NCBI GenBank assembly: GCA_017999075.1
Contig: JAGOBX010000001.1
Location: 1-27,270 of the forward strand
Reading direction: 5' to 3'
Length of the DNA stretch: 27,270 bases
From: Candidatus Babelota bacterium
GTDB taxonomy: Bacteria; JAGOBX01
The notes under the pieces were generated by a model. It did no database searches. It was not told the DNA's origin and saw only the letters and a list, made by a program, of their open reading frames with translations. Every line of letters starts with the position of its first letter. Position 1 is the first letter of the stretch. Positions 16,901-24,204 of the stretch are shown piece by piece. The position numbers and the translations under genes are program-made.

Positions 16901-18289
16901 ATGTCCTTTCTTAAACCAAAAAAAAATAATCCGGCAATTGTTTTAAAAAAAAATATGATTGTCGAATGTGAAATTCTCAGAACCGGATATAGCTGCGAAG
17001 GAATTTCTCAAATAGGCGGATTTATAGTTTTTATTGAAGACACTCTTCCCGGAGAAAAAGTTTTAGTAAAAATAATTAAAATCACAAAAAAATATGCGAT
17101 CGGAAAATTATTGGAAATCATAGATAAATCCCCGCATAGAATAAATCCGGAATGTGATAACAGTCAATGCGGCGGGTGTCAATTGATTTTCGCAGACTAT
17201 GATTTTCAAATAGAACTTAAAAAAAACATTATATTATCAGCATTTAAACAAAATGCAAAATTAGAAAAGATTCCGTTAATGGATTTTATTAAAGCAGACA
17301 ATAAAAAACATTACAGAAACAAAGTTGTACTGCCTATAACCATGGTTAACGATAAAATTGAAATAGGGTTTTACGCACAGCGAAGTCACAGAGTCGTAAA
17401 CATAGATGATTGTTTCCTGCATCCTGAAATAACTCCTGAAATAATAAATATTGTTAAAAATTTTATATCAAAAAACAAAATAAAGATTTATAATGAAAAT
17501 ACTGGAACAGGATTAATGAGAAGTTTAATGATACGAACAAACGAGTCGTCCAGTGAAATAATGATAGTTTTTGTAATTAACGGTGATACGCTGCCTGGGC
17601 AATCAGATATTATTTCCAACATAACTTCAAAAATTCCATGTGTAAAATCAATAATATTATGTAAAAATAAAAATCGCGGAAATGTAGTTATGTCGGGAAT
17701 TTTTGAAACTATTTATGGGAAAAATACTATAACGGCGAAGCTATGCGGTTATAATTTTTTAATTTGTCCTGATTCTTTTTTTCAAATTAATTTTGAACAA
17801 ACAGAAAAATTATATAACCATATATTTTCATTGGTAAAAAACGAAAAAAATAATAATATCCTGTTTGATATATATTCAGGTGTAAGTTCAATAGGAACGG
17901 CATTATCAGGAATTGTAAAAAAAATTTACTGCCTTGAATCAAATCCTAATGCTTCAGAGCTTGCAGAAAAAATTAAATTTATGAATAAAATCAATAATAT
18001 TCAAAATATTCATGGCGATTCAACTGAATCATTGCTTGCTTTGATTAATTCGTCAATTATTCCCGACATTGTCATATTTGATCCGCCAAGAAAGGGATGC
18101 AGCATAAATGAACTTAAAACAATAGCAGAAAAAAAAATCCCGAAGGTGATATATGTTTCATGCAATCCTTCGACATTAAGCAGAGACGCTAAAATACTTA
18201 TTGATTATGGATACAGATTAAAATCTATTCAGCCTGTTGATATGTTCCCTTATACATATCATGTTGAAACAGTTGCAGAGTTCACCTAA
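16901..18289 (+). CDS. rlmD: 23S rRNA (uracil1939-C5)-methyltransferase RlmD
   Basis: TRAM N-terminus, Fe-S motif C..CGGCQ plus DDC, YRNK, SFFQIN, DPPRKG, catalytic YVSCNPSTLSRD, DMFPYTYHVE. Confidence 0.92.
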   Translation: MSFLKPKKNNPAIVLKKNMIVECEILRTGYSCEGISQIGGFIVFIEDTLPGEKVLVKIIKITKKYAIGKLLEIIDKSPHRINPECDNSQCGGCQLIFADYDFQIELKKNIILSAFKQNAKLEKIPLMDFIKADNKKHYRNKVVLPITMVNDKIEIGFYAQRSHRVVNIDDCFLHPEITPEIINIVKNFISKNKIKIYNENTGTGLMRSLMIRTNESSSEIMIVFVINGDTLPGQSDIISNITSKIPCVKSIILCKNKNRGNVVMSGIFETIYGKNTITAKLCGYNFLICPDSFFQINFEQTEKLYNHIFSLVKNEKNNNILFDIYSGVSSIGTALSGIVKKIYCLESNPNASELAEKIKFMNKINNIQNIHGDSTESLLALINSSIIPDIVIFDPPRKGCSINELKTIAEKKIPKVIYVSCNPSTLSRDAKILIDYGYRLKSIQPVDMFPYTYHVETVAEFT

Positions 18290-18304
18290 GCAGAGTTCAC
18301 CTAA
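18275..18304 (+). repeat. Perfect 15-bp tandem duplication of the rlmD 3' end
   Basis: gcagagttcacctaa at 18275-18289 and again at 18290-18304 (A-E-F-T-stop twice). Confidence 0.9.
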
Positions 18305-18383
18305 ACTCCCGATTTTTCTATAACTATATTAAGAAAATTCTGAAAATACTGTTGTTTTATGCAAATGAAATACGGGAGTTTAG
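18301..18383. mobile_element. 83-bp MITE-like element (terminal inverted repeats plus near-perfect 8-bp target duplication)
   Basis: ctaaactcccg (18301-18311) and cgggagtttag (18373-18383) are perfect 11-bp inverted repeats. Flanks are gagttcac (18293-18300) and gagtttac (18384-18391), a 7/8 match. No internal ORF. Confidence 0.55.
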
Positions 18384-18450
18384 GAGTTTACTATTTAATA
18401 AAACCTCATTTTTTTTAAATAACATCTTTTAATTTTATTTTTCCATAAAT

Positions 18451-19905
18451 TCAAATCTGAAAATTTTCTTTTAAAAAAGGATTCCTTGCAGCATTTGTTT
18501 CATCAAGTCTTCTTACAGGCGCATTTACAGGCGCATTTTTTAATAAATCAGGATTAGTCCTGCATTCTTCTGCGATTTTTATCATTGTATCTATAAAAGC
18601 ATCAAGAGTTTCTTTTGTCTCAGTTTCTGTAGGTTCTATCATAATAGCTTCATGAACGATCAGCGGAAAATATATTGTAGGAGGATGATATCCGCAGTCA
18701 ATAAGACGTTTAGCAATGTCAAGAGTTTTAACTCCGTATTTTTTCTGGAATTCATTATTTAATACAAATTCATGTTTGCATATTCTGTCAAAAGGAAGGT
18801 TATAATATTTTTTCAATTTTTCTTTAAGATAATTAGCGTTTAGCACAGCAATATCGCTTACCCTGTTTAACCCTTCAATTCCAAGCTGTTTTATGTAAAT
18901 ATATGCTTTAAGCAGGACATTTATGTTGCCAAAATAAGAATGAATTTTTCCTATTGAACACGGATAATTATAATTTAAAAAATATCGTTCTGACTGCTTG
19001 TCATAATCAACTACAGGTACAGGTAAAAATTCCACGAGTTTCCCCACGACTCCTACAGGTCCGGCTCCAGGTCCGCCGCCGCCGTGAGGAGTTGAAAAAC
19101 TTTTGTGCAGGTTTAAATGCATAACATCAAATCCCATATCAGCAGGTTTACATTTGCATAAAATCGCATTCATATTTGCTCCGTCATAATACAGCAACCC
19201 GCCTTTAGAATGCACTATTTCACTGATTTTTAAAATATCAGTTTCAAATAAACCAAGCGTATTTGGATTGGTTAGCATCAATGCAGCAACTTCTTCATCC
19301 ATTTTTTCTGACAAAGAATTCAAGTCAACAAGACCGTTGTCTCCGCTTTTTATCTCAATTATTTCATATCCAAGCAATGCTGCTGTGGCAGGATTAGTTC
19401 CATGCGAACTGTCAGGAACAATTATTTTGGTTCTGTTTTCTTTTTTAAACGAAAAAAATTCTTTTATAATTCTTAATCCTGTATATTCGCCATTAGCGCC
19501 TGCAGCAGGCTGGAGAGTAATTCCCTGCATGCCTGTCAATAATTTAAGATATTCCTGGAGTTCATATAATATTTTTAACAACTTATTATTTTTTGACAGT
19601 TCTTCAGGATGAATATTGAAAACTGGATTTGAAGCAAATTTTTCATTAATTTTCGGGTTGTATTTCATTGTGCATGAACCCAGAGGATAAAATCCTGTAT
19701 CAACGCTGTAATTTTTTTGAGACAACTTGACAAAATGTCTTACAACTTCACATTCAGGTTTCCCTGAAAATCTAATATCTTCTTTAGTTTTATATGAAAT
19801 ATCCAGTTCTTTTTCAGACTTATTTTCATTTTTTATGATTTTTCCAAAAATAAGTTCAGGGTTAATATTCCCTGCCAATTTAAAAACAGAATCATTATAA
19901 CTCAT
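18451..19905 (-). CDS. gcvPB: Glycine dehydrogenase (decarboxylating) subunit 2 of a split P-protein
   Basis: YPLGSCTMKYNP, LQPAAGANGE, SSHGTNPATA, LTNPNTLGLFE, YYDGANMNA, HLNLHKSFSTPHGGGGPGAGP (PLP Lys), MIEPTETE; 484 aa is beta-subunit length. Confidence 0.93.
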   Translation of the reverse strand: MSYNDSVFKLAGNINPELIFGKIIKNENKSEKELDISYKTKEDIRFSGKPECEVVRHFVKLSQKNYSVDTGFYPLGSCTMKYNPKINEKFASNPVFNIHPEELSKNNKLLKILYELQEYLKLLTGMQGITLQPAAGANGEYTGLRIIKEFFSFKKENRTKIIVPDSSHGTNPATAALLGYEIIEIKSGDNGLVDLNSLSEKMDEEVAALMLTNPNTLGLFETDILKISEIVHSKGGLLYYDGANMNAILCKCKPADMGFDVMHLNLHKSFSTPHGGGGPGAGPVGVVGKLVEFLPVPVVDYDKQSERYFLNYNYPCSIGKIHSYFGNINVLLKAYIYIKQLGIEGLNRVSDIAVLNANYLKEKLKKYYNLPFDRICKHEFVLNNEFQKKYGVKTLDIAKRLIDCGYHPPTIYFPLIVHEAIMIEPTETETKETLDAFIDTMIKIAEECRTNPDLLKNAPVNAPVRRLDETNAARNPFLKENFQI

Positions 19906-19942
19906 TTTATTTTACCGCCGATTATATTAAGTTTTATAATAT

Positions 19943-19971
19943 AGTATAAGTTTCAAAATTGATATAGTCAA
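19943..19971 (-). promoter_or_regulatory. Sigma70-type promoter directly upstream of gcvPB
   Basis: On the - strand: TTGACT (19971-19966), 17-bp spacer, TATACT (19948-19943). Confidence 0.6.
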
Positions 19972-20037
19972 TAAATTTTTTAATTTTATTTTTTTAAAAT
20001 CAAATTACAAAAATTAACTTATTAGACAGCCACCATA

Positions 20038-21627
20038 CTAATTCAATTCAACAATTTTTTTTAACAGCCATATAATTTTTTCAAAATGTTCGGTAGCAAT
20101 CAATAAAACTTTTTTTTCATTATCTTTCAAAGCAGGCTGCAATCCAAGGTATTTATCTCGAAATCTGTTCATCAGGTCGCTTTTATCAGCAGTCATAGAT
20201 TTAAGCATAGCAATATCTTCACTGTTAAAATTAGTAAAAACATCATTTGCAGTAAGTAAAATAGCATCAAGTCCTTCCAAAAAATTTCTTACAAGTTTTT
20301 CCATTTCAGACGAAATTTCAACATTTGTAATATCATTAGTAAATCCTGCTATTGTTTCAAATATAGAACACATCAGATTATGCCTGTGAACGCATTTCAA
20401 ATATTGCTGCGACGTTTCTTTATCAAGATTTTTATTTATAAGTTCTGAAATGTAAAAATCAAGTTCTTTTGTTAATTTTGTTACAACATTGTTTAATGGT
20501 TCTATTTCATATTTTGAAGGAGTGTTTTCAAGTTTATTTCTTATAATTTCCGTATATAAAGGAAGTTTCTGCAAAATATAATATTGTTCTTTTTCTATTA
20601 TTGCTATAGCTGAAACTGTATCATTAAGAATATCACTTTTAACATATTTCAAGGAACTTTCCTGTTCCTGCAAAGTAGCTGGCCATAATTTTTCAAGAAA
20701 TGAAATTACAGGTTTAATAAATATATGCGACAAAAATGTCGTTACAAGACTAAAAAACACTAAAAAATAAGTCATTTGCTGTTCAAGCGGAAAACTGTTT
20801 GTTGAAACAAATAAATGTTTAACAAGAGGAATATTCATTTTTACTTCTATGAAATACAATGGTATAAATATTACAAGTCCTATTATGCAGCTTACTGCAG
20901 GAAACAAAGCGAGCTGTTTAGCCTGACCTTTAAGCCCTAATGCAAGAAAACAATAACGAAGCCCTTCTCCTATAATACTTGCATAAATATAAACTATAGT
21001 GTCATCAGCATCAAATATTCCGACTTTCGCAAATGAAAATATGACAATTAAAAAGGCATCGACTGATTGAATTACAAATGATAAAACAGCGCCTATCAAA
21101 AATGCGAGAAAATATGATTTTTTGGAATATAATATAAGTTCTTTAAACCATTCCATATCTTTCAACGGATTGGCGCTGTCAATCATAAGTTTAATTCCTA
21201 TAAAAATTATGCATAATCCTAAAGCTGCAGCAACAAGATTTATTTTATTTTTAGGTTTATCAAATGCGTATAAAATTCCAGTAATGCCAAGAAGAAACAG
21301 CATTACCTGATTAATATCCATAAAAACAATAACCAACAGTAGTAATGACCCTGCGCCTGCCCAGTTTATTATTGGCAAAGCTCTCTGAACTGAAAGCAAC
21401 CCTGTTGACAACATTCCTATAACAGCATAATTCACTGCTGTAGTACTGATCGTTATTGCTCCGAATATTATACCGAGAAGAGAACCTTTTATGTCGCTGT
21501 CTGTAACTTTTTCAAGAAGGGTTCTGAATTTTCTTGAAGTCATGGTGTACATATTCGTTTGAAGAATTTTTACACCTGTAAGAAATAATCCTAATCCAGC
21601 TAACATTGCTACTAATACTGATATCAC
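20038..21627 (-). CDS. Na/Pi-cotransporter (NptA/YjbB/SLC34-like) family membrane protein with PhoU-like helical C-terminus
   Basis: AGLGLFLTGVKIL and second-repeat GLCIIFIGIKLM openings; inverted-repeat membrane topology; soluble helical C-terminus. The QSSS signatures are altered (ISTT, QSVD). GTG start with GGAG RBS. Confidence 0.75.
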   Translation of the reverse strand: MISVLVAMLAGLGLFLTGVKILQTNMYTMTSRKFRTLLEKVTDSDIKGSLLGIIFGAITISTTAVNYAVIGMLSTGLLSVQRALPIINWAGAGSLLLLVIVFMDINQVMLFLLGITGILYAFDKPKNKINLVAAALGLCIIFIGIKLMIDSANPLKDMEWFKELILYSKKSYFLAFLIGAVLSFVIQSVDAFLIVIFSFAKVGIFDADDTIVYIYASIIGEGLRYCFLALGLKGQAKQLALFPAVSCIIGLVIFIPLYFIEVKMNIPLVKHLFVSTNSFPLEQQMTYFLVFFSLVTTFLSHIFIKPVISFLEKLWPATLQEQESSLKYVKSDILNDTVSAIAIIEKEQYYILQKLPLYTEIIRNKLENTPSKYEIEPLNNVVTKLTKELDFYISELINKNLDKETSQQYLKCVHRHNLMCSIFETIAGFTNDITNVEISSEMEKLVRNFLEGLDAILLTANDVFTNFNSEDIAMLKSMTADKSDLMNRFRDKYLGLQPALKDNEKKVLLIATEHFEKIIWLLKKIVELN

Positions 21628-21654
21628 TATTGCACTCCAAAATATTTATAAATT

Positions 21655-22626
21655 TTATTTTACAATAAAATCTGCTTTTTTAATTATAGATTCAGGAAAT
21701 TTAATATTCTGTTCTTTACAGCTTTTTTCATTAATTCCTAATCTGTATGCTTTATACGGAATAATCATTCCTGTTTTATTGTATTTTCCCTTCAATATAC
21801 TTCCTGCAAGTTTTCCGCTTTGAAGTCCCCAATCATAATAATCAATCCCATATCCTATTGTCGCGCCATTTTTAACTATAGAAGGATCAGTAACAAAAAT
21901 AGGTATATTGAATTCTTTTGCTGTTTTCATAAGCCCAGAAATCCCGGCATAAACAGTGTTGTCAGCAGATACTACAAATGCTCCGATCTTTTTTTGAACC
22001 AATGCCTGCGCAGCATTTGGGATATCATTGATTGAAGTTATGGGAATTTCACATGTTTCAATACCGTATTTAGCGCATATATCTTTAATTTTTTCTGCTG
22101 CAAACTTTGCATTAACTTCAGATGATGTATACGGCAATCCTATTCGCCGGATAGAAGGAACACATTCCCTTAATAATCCCGCAAAAGGTTCCAAGTCAAA
22201 AGGATCATAAAATCCTGCTAAATTATCCGGAGGCGCAGAAACTCCGGCATCTTGAGGGGAAAATGATACTGTAAAAACCACAGGTATTTTTTTTACCATT
22301 TTAGCAGCAGCAACCATACATGGAGTAGTATTTGTAACCAGCAGACTTATATTTTCATTTTCAAAAGATTTTAATATTAAAGGAATATTCGACATATCTC
22401 CTTGAGCTGATTTCTGTATTATGTTAATATTCTGTCCATCAAAAAAACCTGATTCTTTAAGCCCGTCTTTTACTCCTTCAGTAGCAATATTCAATTGTTC
22501 TTCTTCTAATAATTGTATAATTCCTATTTTAGGAATTTCATTTTTCGGAGAACATGAAACCAAAAAAATCAATAAAAATATCGAAACTAAAATAATTATA
22601 CTCGATCTGCAACAATTCAACCGCAT
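21655..22626 (-). CDS. ABC_sub_bind (PF04392-like) substrate-binding lipoprotein
   Basis: Lipobox LVSC (C25), KIGIIQ, GVKDGLKESGF, SAQGD, IPVVFT, IGLPYTSSEVNA, DNTVYA, GIDYYDWGLQSG, LGINEK. Confidence 0.8.
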   Translation of the reverse strand: MRLNCCRSSIIILVSIFLLIFLVSCSPKNEIPKIGIIQLLEEEQLNIATEGVKDGLKESGFFDGQNINIIQKSAQGDMSNIPLILKSFENENISLLVTNTTPCMVAAAKMVKKIPVVFTVSFSPQDAGVSAPPDNLAGFYDPFDLEPFAGLLRECVPSIRRIGLPYTSSEVNAKFAAEKIKDICAKYGIETCEIPITSINDIPNAAQALVQKKIGAFVVSADNTVYAGISGLMKTAKEFNIPIFVTDPSIVKNGATIGYGIDYYDWGLQSGKLAGSILKGKYNKTGMIIPYKAYRLGINEKSCKEQNIKFPESIIKKADFIVK

Positions 22627-22674
22627 TTTATTTTTTCTCCTGGAGCCGCAAATTTTTATAATAATTGTTTAACA

Positions 22675-23979
22675 TTATGTCTTTAATTTTTTTTGTTTTG
22701 CCGCAGGGAACAAAATGTTATTTAAAATCAATCTGTATCCTGAAGAATTTTTATGCAAACTCAAGTTCGTATGTTCTGCCCCAACTTGATGAGCATAATC
22801 TTCAGGGTCATGACCACCAAGATACGTAACAGTGCCTTTTCCAAATTTTCTATGGAGATACTTTACGCATTTATGACCTATAGTTTTTCCCATTATAATG
22901 CATTCCCGTTTTATTTTATCTTCCCTGAAAGATGTAGTCAATCCGAAAAACCCTTTTATTATCTTATTGTGGTTTTGAGTAAGCATAGCAGGCACCTGAT
23001 CAAATTTAGCTGAAAAATCAAACAATTCAAAAGGCTGATCTTCTATACGTTTTGGAGTATTTACCCAGTTGTAATCTATGTCAGATTTAGGATTAAAATA
23101 TGGGTCGCTTATAACCGTAAAATTTTCAAAAACAAGGCATTTCGTATAATCAATTTTTTTCATAAAATCAGGTTCATACGGAGTGCCGTCGATTTCCTGA
23201 GATATATAATCTACTCCTTCCAGAGAAAGCGATATGTCAAGCGCATCAGGAGCTGAACACATTGCAAACAAAAAACCTCCGTTATTAACATAATTTTTAA
23301 TAATTTTAGATACGGCAGTTTTTTCTTCGCGCACAGAATTAAAACCCTGAGACAAAGCAAATTTCCTGTATTCTGCAACTCTATTTAAATACCACGGCGA
23401 ACTTTGAAAGGAACGGTAAAATTTATCGTATTGCCCGGTAAAGTCCTCATGGTGCAAATGAAGCCAGTCATATTCCGAAAGACCTGATTTTAAAATACTG
23501 TCATCCCATATTTTATCATATGGGACTTCAGCGTATGTAAGAGCTAAAGTTACAGCATCATCCCAGGGATTATTGGTTGAAGGGGCATAAACTGCTATTT
23601 TCGGAGCTTTTTCAAGCTCTATCTTATCCATATTTTCTTCTTGAATAGTTATTTCTATATCATTTAATTTATTATCGTCTATTATTTCATAATATACTCC
23701 GGTAAGTTTAAGTTTTTTTACCGCCGCTTCAGAATAAGGTATTAAAAATGAACCGTCCCTGTAATTTAAAAGCCAGTATATTTTTGAAGAGGAATTTTTT
23801 TCTGAAATCGACCAGTAAGCAACTCCATAAGATTTCAGGTGGTCTGTCTGTTTTTCATCCATAGGTATCAGAATATGCTGGGCAAACAAATTTGATATTG
23901 GTATTAGTAATAATATTATTATACCCAACCGCAGTTTAAAATCAAATAAAGAACCCAATTTCATAAGAAATGTTTCCAT
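22675..23979 (-). CDS. Secreted protein of unknown function, class I glutamine amidotransferase-like (family often auto-labelled 'asparagine synthetase B' in FCB-group genomes)
   Basis: Signal peptide ending ..SNLFA|QHILIPMD; HLKSYG, APKIAVY, PWDDAVTLALTYAEVPY, DWLHLHHEDFTGQYDKFY, GGFLFAMCSA, YLGGHDPEDY, GYRLILNNILFPAA. No AsnB Ntn-Cys or SGGxDS motif. The family match is from recall. Confidence 0.65.
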   Translation of the reverse strand: METFLMKLGSLFDFKLRLGIIILLLIPISNLFAQHILIPMDEKQTDHLKSYGVAYWSISEKNSSSKIYWLLNYRDGSFLIPYSEAAVKKLKLTGVYYEIIDDNKLNDIEITIQEENMDKIELEKAPKIAVYAPSTNNPWDDAVTLALTYAEVPYDKIWDDSILKSGLSEYDWLHLHHEDFTGQYDKFYRSFQSSPWYLNRVAEYRKFALSQGFNSVREEKTAVSKIIKNYVNNGGFLFAMCSAPDALDISLSLEGVDYISQEIDGTPYEPDFMKKIDYTKCLVFENFTVISDPYFNPKSDIDYNWVNTPKRIEDQPFELFDFSAKFDQVPAMLTQNHNKIIKGFFGLTTSFREDKIKRECIIMGKTIGHKCVKYLHRKFGKGTVTYLGGHDPEDYAHQVGAEHTNLSLHKNSSGYRLILNNILFPAAKQKKLKT

Positions 23980-24165
23980 TTAAAAAAATATATTCGACCA
24001 AACTATTGATTCATTTTAAAAAATCAAATAAGTTTTTATTTCAAATTTGTATATTGTTTTTATATTTTTTGCAAGTATATATTTTAAATATAATTTTACA
24101 AGATTTTTCTTCTTTTTTCAATGACAGCTTATAACTAAACTCAAAAACAGTATACTATTTTTTCT

Positions 24166-24193
24166 TTGACTTTATAAATATTTTTAGTAATAT
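24166..24193 (+). promoter_or_regulatory. Possible sigma70 promoter for the GT-C gene
   Basis: TTGACT (24166-24171), 16-bp spacer, TAATAT (24188-24193); would give an almost leaderless mRNA. Confidence 0.3.
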
Positions 24194-24204
24194 TTTATGT
24201 AAAA

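Noticed and set aside
22675-23979. Calling this gene asnB
   Set aside because: No N-terminal Ntn cysteine, no ATP-pyrophosphatase SGGxDS motif, and it carries a signal peptide.
5952-24142. Extra ctaaactc 8-mers at 5952-5959 and 24135-24142 resembling the MITE end
   Set aside because: Only 8 bp, no matching partner end, and about what chance would give in 27 kb of AT-rich DNA.
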